The position numbers were made by a program, and so were the translations under genes. The notes below the pieces were generated by a model. It was not told where the DNA came from, searched no databases, and saw only the letters and a program-made list of their open reading frames with translations. Source: Nitrososphaeria archaeon (GTDB lineage: Archaea; Thermoproteota; Nitrososphaeria; JACIWG01). From it: DNA of 64,000 nucleotides. Shown in pieces: positions 54,883 to 64,000 of the stretch; the stretch's first letter is position 1, and the number at the start of each line of letters is the position of its first letter. The stretch lies in NCBI GenBank assembly GCA_963752255.1, contig CAVVXT010000010.1:96001-160000 (forward strand), in the 5' to 3' direction.

Positions 54883-55671
54883 TCAAAATTTATACATACC
54901 TTGCCCCAAGAATGTGATAACCTTTTGGTCTCTTAAAACTTGTAAACTGGCTGGCGGATCTTGGGGCGGATATGTCTGTTTCTGGGGTGGAGCTTAGCTA
55001 ATTGGTCCTCAAACGTGTAGGCCTGATTTAACGTGAATGTCTCTTGATCTAGGCTTTCTTATGCATGCCAGCACATCCGTCATCCATCCCCGTGAAAGGG
55101 ACGACTGTCCAAGTAGGAATGAAAATCTTTTCCAAGAATACCTTACCGCATTCTTGGGCATTTCAAACCCATCCCTGATGATATGTATTCGAGCATCTGT
55201 TGGCAGTTCTCCGAGGAGAATGCTGGATCCTACCCAGCCGCTCCGTCTAGCAGATTCCCTGAGGGGTTTCCGTTTTTCTACTACTGATTCCGTCATGAAA
55301 TATTTTGGAACAAGAAACAGGTTCGACACATTAAACAATTTCATGTCGTATTGGAGGAAGAGGTAGCTCGGTGCCGTTCCAGCGCGTATTGCTTTGATCT
55401 TCGGTTCATAGGCGGAGTTCATGATCTGATATCCGTAGGGGTGGCTCTGGCTCTTCAGTTGATATTCTTCCAGACAGTCCGGGCAGACAAAGTCCACTAC
55501 CTGCCTTCCTGTTGGAGTGGTAGATAATACATCGGATGCGCACGCTGGGCAGTACAGGTTCTCCTGAACCCAATCTTCGGTGAGAACTCTTGCCCGTTGG
55601 GACAGGCTCCTATATGGCGATGCTATTTCAGGTTTTAGCTCAAGCTTCAATCTGAACTCAGAAAATATCAA
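54883..55671 (-). CDS. DpnI / Dam-replacing family methylation-dependent endonuclease; frameshifts near 55050 and 54950
   Basis: YRSLSQRARVLTEDWV, YCPAC, DFVCPDC, YQLKS, ARRSGWVG; the wH domain continues in shifted frames. Confidence 0.88.
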
Positions 55672-56196
55672 GAGTTTCTAAAATTTATAGGTTATGATAT
55701 AAGAAATTCGTGCATGTGATTAAAAAGCTTAATATTTTGCCTTCCATTAAGATGTCCATAAGTCAGAATGTCGGAAGAATTGATTAAAGGGTATATTGAG
55801 GATTACAATTATCAAGAGGACAATCAGGGAACTTATCGTGACTTTATTCATATAGAAAAAAGATATATGTTCACCATTCTTGATTCTTGCAAAAGTCCCA
55901 AAGAGATCTTTTTATGCTATTAGTGTAACCTGCAAGAGCATATTTTCTAAACAGATCCAATTATACCTTTTATTTAGTCCGGTGATTGTTTCCAAATTTT
56001 GGGATAGTCTATGGACAATAGGGAGAATATCTTTTAGGTTGCGGCGGGTAGTGGAAGATGGTTAACGGGTGATAGCTTGCTAGACTGCGATGTCAGCCTA
56101 TGGCTGGTGTCCCCTAAAAAAGCCCAGTACACCCCAGCAGAAGACCCTACCACCCATATTTAATGGCAGCACAAATTTTGCCAGATAAAAATCTAA

Positions 56197-56292
56197 ATTA
56201 TCCACCATTATCCTCACCATTATCCTCACCATTATCTTCCATTATCCTTATACGTTATGCCCCCATTATCCTAATTATTATCCAAGATTATC
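56197..56292. repeat. Helically phased ATTATC direct-repeat array
   Basis: ATTATC at 56197, 56207, 56219, 56231, 56241, 56265, 56277, 56287, plus GTTATG at 56254. Confidence 0.85.
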
Positions 56293-56456
56293 TTAAAGCT
56301 AGTGCCTTTATCGATTCCAAATTTTATCAACTCCGAGAATCTGCCTTTCCTAGCTATGAATATCTTTGTTTAAAGTAGAGTGAATTCACTTCACGGTAAT
56401 GTAGTAATAGAATATTTAATGTACCTTCTCAGTATACAACTCTCTGAGATCTTTTA

Positions 56457-57029
56457 TCACATTTGCATAGAACCCAACGCTACTAATGATATGCCGACAA
56501 GAAAAGCTCCTAAAGTAGCAGCAATCTGAGTTGTGTTATTTTTTAAATTCGCTTTTGCAAGTTCTGTTCCACACTCTTGACATCTGACCTGATCCCGCGA
56601 ACTTTGTCCTTGGACGGGGATAAGGTTACTACATACAGGGCATGGAACAATTTTCATATCGATCTCCTCACTGTAACCGCATCCAAGAGTGATCATTTTC
56701 ACCATGCCCCTTTTTTCTTCGATGACACCAAGCTTCAACATAAGGTGGATCAATTCTTGTTTACGCCATGGAATTTCTTCCCATCTCTTTTGTCCCCAAT
56801 CATCAAAGTCTTTAAGCTCCGCTTCAATTCTTCCTCCTAGTTCGGTTAACGCATAACGCGGTGTAACGGTTGAAAATTTGAGCACGACTCCAGCTTTTTC
56901 AAAATCCACTAGTATGCGATAGACGGTTGTGGGGTTAATGTTCGCAAAACTCACTTTTTCAACTACTTCAGCTAAGGTGGGGGCTTGATCAGACTCTTTT
57001 AGGACTTTCAAAATTTTCGCCTTTAACAT
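56457..57029 (-). CDS. wHTH + Zn-ribbon + C-terminal TM protein
   Basis: N-terminal ILKVL...PTTVYRILVDFEKAGVV; CPVC/CQEC; hydrophobic C-terminal tail. Confidence 0.7.
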   Translation of the reverse strand: MLKAKILKVLKESDQAPTLAEVVEKVSFANINPTTVYRILVDFEKAGVVLKFSTVTPRYALTELGGRIEAELKDFDDWGQKRWEEIPWRKQELIHLMLKLGVIEEKRGMVKMITLGCGYSEEIDMKIVPCPVCSNLIPVQGQSSRDQVRCQECGTELAKANLKNNTTQIAATLGAFLVGISLVALGSMQM

Positions 57030-57031
57030 GA

Positions 57032-57057
57032 ATTACAACTCACGCTCAGTTTGTAAT
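57032..57057. promoter_or_regulatory. Inverted repeat ATTACAA-N12-TTGTAAT in the divergent intergenic region
   Basis: Perfect 7-bp arms between the 57029 and 57098 start codons. Confidence 0.35.
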
Positions 57058-57097
57058 GGTGGTAGGTCGGTATAAAAGGTTGCGGTAGTTTAGAAAA

Positions 57098-58714
57098 ATG
57101 GAAAAGAAAAATGGGAAAAAAGTGGACGAAGAACCCGAACGGCTTGAAGATATTGCCAAGGAACTCAAGGAATTAGCCAAGAATAAGCCACTTAGTGATA
57201 CAGATTTGGTGAGGGCTAAGCAGCTTATGTATAGGCTTAAAGAATTTGGTTTCACTAATAGGCAGATAAATGAGATAACTGATGGTGGATGGTCAGAGTC
57301 GACAGTAAAGCTCTACACGAGAGGTGCGACCGTCAAAAATTTGAGCCAGAAGAAGAATGCAGTTGACCTCTTAACTCAACTAATTAACATGGATTTGAGC
57401 CTAGAAGATGTTGAGATATTCGTTTCGATAAAGAAAAATTTAGACTCTAAAAACGTTGGTTTCCAAGATATTTTAAACCTACTCGGTGAAGCTGACGGGC
57501 TTAAAGTTGATCCCAAAGAAATAGTTGCAACCTATCTAAATTTCCAGAATTCAGGCCTATCGGTAAGACAGTTGAGTGAAATCCTTTCATCCAAAGCAGA
57601 ACTTGACAAAATGCATGTGACAATTGAATTAATGGATGAAATTCTCCAAGCATCAAAAGTCTATGGAGACGCCGGTAAAATCCTTGAAGCTTTAAAAAGT
57701 TATGGAGCACTTGGGGCTATCCAAGAAGACATTAAGAAGACTTCTTCTGAGAAAGAGAATCTTCAGAATCAAGTTAACGGATTAAAGCTAGAAGTTACTG
57801 ATTTGGAAAAACGTAAAGATGCTGCAAAAGATTCCCTGGCGACTTATGAAAGGATAAAAACTCTCGGCTTCGACGAACCCACCTTCAAGAGACTAAAGGC
57901 GTCAGCAGAAAAGTTCGGAAGAGTAGATTCAGTTCTTGATGCAGTAAACTCTTTCGTTGACCTATCTGAAATCAAGAGAAAGAAGGATGATTTAGAATCT
58001 GAGTTGAAGAAAGTTGAAGCTGATCACGCCCACCTTGCAACAATAATAGAGATCTGCAAGACATTGCTTTACAAATACAAGTTCAGTATAGCAGCCATAA
58101 ACGACATCTACGAAGCCGCCAGAAATTACGGTGACCCATTACAGGTCTTGAAGGCTATTAACTTATACGGAGAAACCTTGAAGATTCGAGCAGAGATAGA
58201 CACATTAAACAAAAATAAAGAGCAACTTAAAGCAACGGTCAAAGAGCTTGGAGATCAATCTCAACAACTGGAGGCGACGATCAAAGCACTCAGGGCTTCA
58301 GTCGATGATGCTCTTGCGCCGATTAGGAACGAAATTACAAAGAATGTCGATTACGTGATTAAAAAGTTCGTTGAAACTTTAGCGGACATGTCTGTACAGT
58401 ATGAACAGTACGCCCAAAGATATGGTGAACTAAAGGCTGAGGCAGGGAAACTTGAGGAGGACCTCAAGCTAGGCCGAATTATGCTGTTGCTCATAAAATA
58501 TCCGAGCGAAGCTAGACAGGTTCCATTGGAATATGATGCGCTTATACTGAGTGGCATAGTAAATCATTGCAGGGCTATGGGTATAAATCCGACACTTAAA
58601 CTCCAAGACGTTGTTGAATCGAAATTATGGGCGATAGGAAGTTATAGCGTTACGTTAGTCGAACTGCTCGAATGGTCCCTGAAGGGGCTAAGAAAAAGCA
58701 TCCCACATGTGTGA
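57098..58714 (+). CDS. N-terminal HTH + long coiled-coil protein with three internal repeats
   Basis: GFTNRQINEITDGGWSESTVKLY (HTH-like); repeats A..YG....(I/V)L.A...YG. Confidence 0.75.
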   Translation: MEKKNGKKVDEEPERLEDIAKELKELAKNKPLSDTDLVRAKQLMYRLKEFGFTNRQINEITDGGWSESTVKLYTRGATVKNLSQKKNAVDLLTQLINMDLSLEDVEIFVSIKKNLDSKNVGFQDILNLLGEADGLKVDPKEIVATYLNFQNSGLSVRQLSEILSSKAELDKMHVTIELMDEILQASKVYGDAGKILEALKSYGALGAIQEDIKKTSSEKENLQNQVNGLKLEVTDLEKRKDAAKDSLATYERIKTLGFDEPTFKRLKASAEKFGRVDSVLDAVNSFVDLSEIKRKKDDLESELKKVEADHAHLATIIEICKTLLYKYKFSIAAINDIYEAARNYGDPLQVLKAINLYGETLKIRAEIDTLNKNKEQLKATVKELGDQSQQLEATIKALRASVDDALAPIRNEITKNVDYVIKKFVETLADMSVQYEQYAQRYGELKAEAGKLEEDLKLGRIMLLLIKYPSEARQVPLEYDALILSGIVNHCRAMGINPTLKLQDVVESKLWAIGSYSVTLVELLEWSLKGLRKSIPHV

Positions 58715-58775
58715 TCACTTTGCAATTCAATGAAAACATTGCATTCTTGACTTATCTTGTTGGGGGCTAAAGGGA

Positions 58776-59735
58776 ATGAGTCTAGAGAAAATTGAAGAGT
58801 ACCTGAAAGATGTTCAAGCTATAAAGTTCTATGATACCATTAAAGCGCAAAATGAACGACTGATAGAGCAGAATAAGAAGATCGAAGAAACGTCTCAAAT
58901 CGAAAGAAACAAACTGATGGAAATAAACAGCGAACTGACACTAGAGCGTGACAACTTATCCCAAGAAATAATTGACCTCAGAGCTGAAGTCGACCAAAAA
59001 GATTCGAGGATCAATAATTTGACGACCAATCTTGTTTCAAGCAGAGAAGAAGCCTCAAAACTCAAAGAGAGAGTTAAGGAACTTGAAGATCTAAAAGCTA
59101 CGGTGGAAGGGAAGACACTCAAAGAGGCAGCAGAAATCTTCATAAAAGCCAAGAAGGAAGAAATTCAAAAGGAAGCTTTAGAAAGCTCCAACTTGATGAA
59201 AGCAGAATGGACACTGTCCGAAAAGCCTACGGAGGTAAGAAATGAAGCTATTCGAATACTCAATCACATAATCGCAAGCCTCAAGATAACAGGTTATAGA
59301 CCGGAGATGACTGACTTGGCAGGGAAAGGATTGTATGATGATGTCGAAGCTATAATAAAGTCTGATGTCGACAAAAGGCTCGACGAAGAATTTGAAAAGA
59401 GGGTTGAACAAACATCTACTCAAAGAACCGCACAGAAGTTCAATCAATTAGTGTCTACAGAATGGCCGGACTTTCTGAGAACGCATTTGGAGCCGAAGGC
59501 TAGGGAACTGGAACTCAAAGTTAAATCCAACGTTCTGAGCCTTCTTCAGGGTACATGGCCTACAGAATGTGAACGGTGTGGAATGAAAGGTTCGCTAACC
59601 CTTCCAATTGAAGGGGTAGAATATCTACTAAGAAACGGCTCCATAAAAACAAACTGCCCTAATCATCAATGTCATCATCAAACTCCTTTGAAACTAATAG
59701 ATCTAATAAAATTGAAACTTTCTCCCAGTTATTGA
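58776..59735 (+). CDS. Coiled-coil protein with a C-terminal Zn finger
   Basis: Heptad-rich N-terminus; CERC...CPNHQC. Confidence 0.72.
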   Translation: MSLEKIEEYLKDVQAIKFYDTIKAQNERLIEQNKKIEETSQIERNKLMEINSELTLERDNLSQEIIDLRAEVDQKDSRINNLTTNLVSSREEASKLKERVKELEDLKATVEGKTLKEAAEIFIKAKKEEIQKEALESSNLMKAEWTLSEKPTEVRNEAIRILNHIIASLKITGYRPEMTDLAGKGLYDDVEAIIKSDVDKRLDEEFEKRVEQTSTQRTAQKFNQLVSTEWPDFLRTHLEPKARELELKVKSNVLSLLQGTWPTECERCGMKGSLTLPIEGVEYLLRNGSIKTNCPNHQCHHQTPLKLIDLIKLKLSPSY

Positions 59736-59856
59736 TTAACATAATATCTGCTATCGCTCCTTTTTTTAAAATCTAGATGACTATTAAAGCGCGGTACTAT
59801 TAATTTTTTAGCGATCCCTGTTATCACGAATCGTAGAAACCCAATTAAAGAAAATA

Positions 59857-60078
59857 TTAAAATGCCAGAGTGATCCATGTCGGAGTGAGTGAGTGAGTGA
59901 GCACTATATACGCTATTGATGCAGGTTCCTTACCCAGCCACTTCACAAATTCAAGAATCTTCGACGCATTACCTCCCATTCCCGTATCCACAAGAACTAA
60001 AGCCTCCTTGCCGAGGAAGACGTAAGAGTTTGCGCCTCTCACACCAGGCACGAGATATACGCTTTCAGTGATCTTCAC
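59857..60078 (-). pseudogene. Truncated metallo-beta-lactamase-fold protein
   Basis: ANSY...LVDTGM...IVLTHS, breaking off at the HxHxDH motif. Confidence 0.65.
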
Positions 60079-60543
60079 ATTTCCTCACTCTCATAGTTAT
60101 TGTTCTGAAAGGCTATTATTTGAGTTTTGGGGGTCAAAGACATTAATCTATTATCCATTCAACGAAAGGGTTAATCTTAAGATCAAGGCTCAGAAGGCTA
60201 ACTTGATTCGTTAAGGTGTTGAACAAGCTCCTTTGCGTTGTAAAACATCCACATTAGATCATCGAAGGGGAACAGATGGTTTAGAGAGGTCAAGGGCCTT
60301 CAGCTCCAGATATTTTTCAGGTGAAGCACCGTACTGCTCTACGACAGCTATGGCCCGCCTAATATATTTGCATCCTCGATCTTTCTGATTCTACCCTTCA
60401 ATATCTCACGTTCAGGATGTTTGGAAAGAAATTCTTTGAAAGCTATGGGATTGCCTTTATTCAAAACTTTAAGGTAGATATCAGAATAAACAGGAAATTT
60501 GTAAACCATAAAAGTTTAAAAATTTAGTCTACAGAATATTTGT

Positions 60544-61338
60544 ATGGATACTAAATATGAATCCGTTAAAGACTTATTCAAGTTGGATGGGAAGAAAGCT
60601 ATCGTCACGGGAGCAGGAAGTGGAATCGGCAGATCTATCGCATTAGGTTTAGCAGAATATGGAGTCGACGTCGCACTATTTGGGCGCACATCTGAAAAGC
60701 TAACGAAGGTGCAGCGAGAAATAGAAGAAAAGTTCCCCACAAAAACATTGGTGGTTAACATGGACGTACTGGATTCGAGGCAGATAGGGGAATCTGTGCG
60801 TAAAGTGATTGAAGAGTTTGGTAAAATAGACATCCTAGTAAACAGTCACGGTATTGGACAATGGGTCAAAGCTGAGGAGATGACGGAGAAAGAATGGGAT
60901 ACGATGATTGACACAAATTTGAAGGGAGTCTTCCTGATGTGCCAAGCTGTAGCTCGACAGATGATAAAGCAAAAAGAAGGAAAAATAATAACAATCGCAT
61001 CTATTTCCGGTATGATTGCCAACAGGCCTCAAAGTCAAGCCCACTATAATACAGCTAAGGCGGGTGTTCTAAATTTGACAAAATGTTTGGCTGTGGAATG
61101 GGCCAAGTATAACATAAATGTGAACTGTATCAGCCCCGGATATACGCTAACAGCGATGATTGAGAAAAGGTTTAAGACTACGCCGGAGATAGAAGGCATC
61201 TGGAAATCATACGTGCCTTTAGGACGTGTAGCTGAGCCAATAGAAATGGTGGGTGCAGCGATCTTCTTAGCTTCAAAGGCATCAAGTTATGTTACAGGAG
61301 CTAACATCGTAGTAGACGGTGGATACACTGTTTGGTGA
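60544..61338 (+). CDS. Short-chain dehydrogenase/reductase (sugar/polyol type)
   Basis: TGAGSGIG, YNTAK, VDGGYT. Confidence 0.92.
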   Translation: MDTKYESVKDLFKLDGKKAIVTGAGSGIGRSIALGLAEYGVDVALFGRTSEKLTKVQREIEEKFPTKTLVVNMDVLDSRQIGESVRKVIEEFGKIDILVNSHGIGQWVKAEEMTEKEWDTMIDTNLKGVFLMCQAVARQMIKQKEGKIITIASISGMIANRPQSQAHYNTAKAGVLNLTKCLAVEWAKYNINVNCISPGYTLTAMIEKRFKTTPEIEGIWKSYVPLGRVAEPIEMVGAAIFLASKASSYVTGANIVVDGGYTVW

Positions 61339-61540
61339 TAAGAAAAATATCTGTCTAACAGAATGTTTAGAGAGTAAATAGGTCTTTCTCGTTAAAATCA
61401 AGAAAGACTAGGATTTGAAATTAACGCGTAGACGCAAGGGTCCAATCCCCCCCACCTTTACAAGTAGATTTGAGAGATATCAAAGAGATGTTCTGGCCTT
61501 TATTTCAAAAGTCTGATAATTTTTAGCAAATGCCTGTTTT

Positions 61541-63054
61541 TTAGAGGTAACTCGTATTTTCTATATGTTGTTTAATCCTGTTTTCAATTTCGTTAAGTTG
61601 TGTCTCCCATGTATTTGTTAAATATTCTATATCCTCTTCAACTGTTCCTATATATTTTTCTGGCGAGAGTAAAACTGTTCTATCAGTAATACTTAGACTC
61701 GTGAGCATGTCACTGATGATATTGTCATCTTTTATTATCGAAAGAAAGTCCACATTTTCATTTACAGCTTTGTCTGACAATTTTCTAACGTATTCATGTG
61801 TATCAATATCAAGGTTCTTCTTGATGCAATAGACCTGCAACGCCAGTTGAACCGGTTCAGCCAATATGAGACCCTTAGTCATGCTAAGGTTCTCCATCAT
61901 TTTCTCTCTCCTTATCGTCATGTTATCAGCGATTTTTACAGATCTGCGTAACATGTGATATGTTATAAATGGAATTTCACTTCCATAGTATCTTAGATTT
62001 GATGAGGATCTTAAATCCCTCTGGAAGTCAGTAACGAAATCTTCATATACACTGATAATTTTTGGTAAAATCTGCCTCCAATGACCCCCAATATTTTCCG
62101 AGTCGATCGGATTCCTTTTATGGGCCCCAGTGGAGGAACCAACCTGCTCCGACAGTCTCTGCTCACATATTTCGCCTACTTCCGTCTGTGGAAGTTTCTT
62201 ATATCCTCACCAAACTTCGCCAGGTTACCAGCTATGCCTATCAAGTTACTAAAATATGGCATATAGTATGTTTGATGGACCACTTGACCGGTTAAAGGGT
62301 CAGGCAGTAAATGCATTAAAGATAATGTCTCCTTCTCCAATTTCCGAGGGTGAACTTTTCCACCGAAGAGAAATTTTTGAGCTGCCGATGTTCCGACGAA
62401 CCCTGAAACTTTTCCCCTAAGGTTGTCTGAAAGATTAAGCTGTTCCCCAAGCAGCGGCATTACACCGCCAAGTATTTCTAAAAGCCAGTGGCCGACGGTC
62501 GTGGGGGCAGCATGCTGTTTATGCGTTCGACCGACAAGAATAGTTTTTTTCTCTTCTCGAGCTCTCTTTATTAGAATCCGAGATAATTCTACTCCCTTTG
62601 GCACGATTACCTCGTATGAGACATCCCTCAAAGCCGCACTCCACGCAGAATTGACGACATCGTAACTTGTGAGACCAAGGTATATGTAATATCTTGCTTC
62701 CCTACTTAAAACCTCCTGGCTGGCCCTGACAAGACCCCTTATATCGTGTCTTAACTTATCCTCCCATTCCTGCTGCTTCCTATAGGGCACATCCTTTCCG
62801 TTAAGCTTTTGAACTATTTCAGCCGTAATTGCACTTGGAATAACCTCGTATTTACCCAACACGTTGATATACGATTTTATGAAAATCAGCTGGTACTCGT
62901 AAATAGCTCGGGGAGAAAGATACTGGACGATTTCAGGTTCCTCTAATTTTTCCCAATCAATATACCTTGCATAGGAAGAAGGCAAGTACTCCTCGCATTC
63001 GGTTACGCTACGACCTTTCGATTTTAGCTCTTCGAGAGATATTGGCGCGGGCAA
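61541..63054 (-). CDS. purB: Adenylosuccinate lyase; frameshifts around 62060-62190
   Basis: GLTSYDV, GRTHKQHA, SGFVGT; directly downstream of purC. Confidence 0.8.
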
Positions 63055-63057
63055 ACA

Positions 63058-63978
63058 CTAACCTCCATGTCCTGATTTAGGGTTAGTTTTAGACAAATAT
63101 AACTTCTCTACCTCCTCTAAACTTTTCAAATCCAATCTTTCAATACTTACATTATTGACGAACATCTGATAGACGCCGTCAAGTCTTTTCCTTATTTCAG
63201 CTACGACTGCAGCCGGTATCTCAGGTAGTGGATTAGGAGGGTTACCGGGGTCGACATGTGAATCTAAAAGAAACTGTCTGTAAAACTCTTTGTCCAAACA
63301 CCATCCTTCCTGCCTTTTTCCAATATTATTTTTCCAGAGTTCTTGAACCCAGATCCTCGCCGAATCATGATTTGGTGCTTCATCAATTTGAATGAATTCT
63401 CCCTTACATCTTCCGAACTCTATTTTAAAGTCTGGAATTAGAAGCCCCCTCTGCTTAGCTGTTTTCGAGTAGAACTCGTAGAGTTTAAAAGACGCTTCTG
63501 AAAGAGCATCCCATTCATAAGATTTTATTAAGTCGATGTCCACTGCTTTCTGTCTGCCGATCGGAACATCATGACCGACGTCGGCTTTTGTGGTTGGAGT
63601 TAACATAGGTTCATCCAATTCTTCTGCAAGACGGAGGCCATTCCGGAGCTTATATCCATAGAGAACTCTCTCTCCTTTGGAATAATCACGGAACATAGAA
63701 CCGTAAAGGTGACTTCTGACAACCCATTCTATGTCTATTCTTTCCGCTCTGTTGGCAAGCATCATTGTTAAATCAGGAGTGTCTATGAAGTGGTTGGGAA
63801 AAATGTTTTTGGTTCTTCTAAACCACCACGCGGACAAAAGATTCAGGGACGCTCCTTTCCCCTCTATTTCAGTTAGAGAATTAACGTCAAAGGCCGATAT
63901 TCTGTCGCTGGAGTTTATCAGCAGTTTGTCTCCTAGCTCGTAAACGTCTCTAACCTTCCCTTTCTTGAAAAGGGGCAA
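63058..63978 (-). CDS. purC: SAICAR synthetase
   Basis: GKVRDVY, DRISAFD, TPTTK, DFKIEFG, DSARIW, LDKE. Confidence 0.92.
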   Translation of the reverse strand: MPLFKKGKVRDVYELGDKLLINSSDRISAFDVNSLTEIEGKGASLNLLSAWWFRRTKNIFPNHFIDTPDLTMMLANRAERIDIEWVVRSHLYGSMFRDYSKGERVLYGYKLRNGLRLAEELDEPMLTPTTKADVGHDVPIGRQKAVDIDLIKSYEWDALSEASFKLYEFYSKTAKQRGLLIPDFKIEFGRCKGEFIQIDEAPNHDSARIWVQELWKNNIGKRQEGWCLDKEFYRQFLLDSHVDPGNPPNPLPEIPAAVVAEIRKRLDGVYQMFVNNVSIERLDLKSLEEVEKLYLSKTNPKSGHGG

Positions 63979-64000
63979 TCCAAGAGGCGCGCTGAGACCC

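Larger units (their letters stand above)
34901..59735. mobile_element. Decayed integrative element / defence island (right boundary uncertain, no intact integrase seen)
   Basis: att-like left edge, R-M and nuclease genes, gene relics, origin-like array, AT-rich cargo; housekeeping genes resume at ~60.5 kb. Confidence 0.55.

Noticed and set aside
56040-56156. GC-richer stretch as a structured ncRNA
   Set aside because: Only partial complementarity; no recognisable family
56163-56378. 71-aa ORF with PLSS repeats
   Set aside because: Merely the translation of the ATTATC array
57098-59735. SMC/Rad50 or Wadjet system
   Set aside because: No Walker A/B, ABC signature, hinge or kleisin partner visible
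61410-61458. tRNA-like/att remnant (GGATTTGAA...GGGTCCAATCCCCCCCACC) as the right island boundary
   Set aside because: Too degenerate, does not match the 34901 site, no cloverleaf
421-63943. Numerous antisense/overlapping ORFs in the supplied track (e.g. 421..804, 27802..28272, 42783..43172)
   Set aside because: Shadows of well-supported genes on the other strand or frame, with no motifs

Overview
Archaeal chromosomal window. An intron-containing tRNA-Tyr with a C1:G72 pair and a bulge-helix-bulge motif shows it is archaeal. The gene content suggests a TACK lineage, probably Bathyarchaeia (inference). Positions 1-33.5 kb are housekeeping and metabolic: a complete hoxEFUYH-type NAD-linked [NiFe]-hydrogenase, a KaiC-like/HTH-V4R pair, AlaX, dUTPase, a multi-PAS/GAF two-component system, a URO-D-like/enolase/MFS cluster and a pst/phoU cluster with a shared candidate operator. 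Positions ~34.9-59.7 kb form an accessory, defence-rich island that starts at a tRNA-3'-end/inverted-repeat att-like site. The island contains ABC-ATPase+nuclease pairs, an uncharacterised two-gene module (PIP-box protein + REase-like protein), a type I R-M system with a HEPN/AbiJ-like gene, and one dpnI plus three progressively shorter copies of its 3' end that bracket cargo blocks. It also contains a helically phased palindromic array next to a Cdc6/Orc1 winged-helix relic, and a second phased array beside a wHTH-membrane/HTH-coiled-coil/coiled-coil-Zn gene trio. The window ends with an SDR, purB and purC. Many genes carry single-base frameshifts, most likely long-read indel errors.
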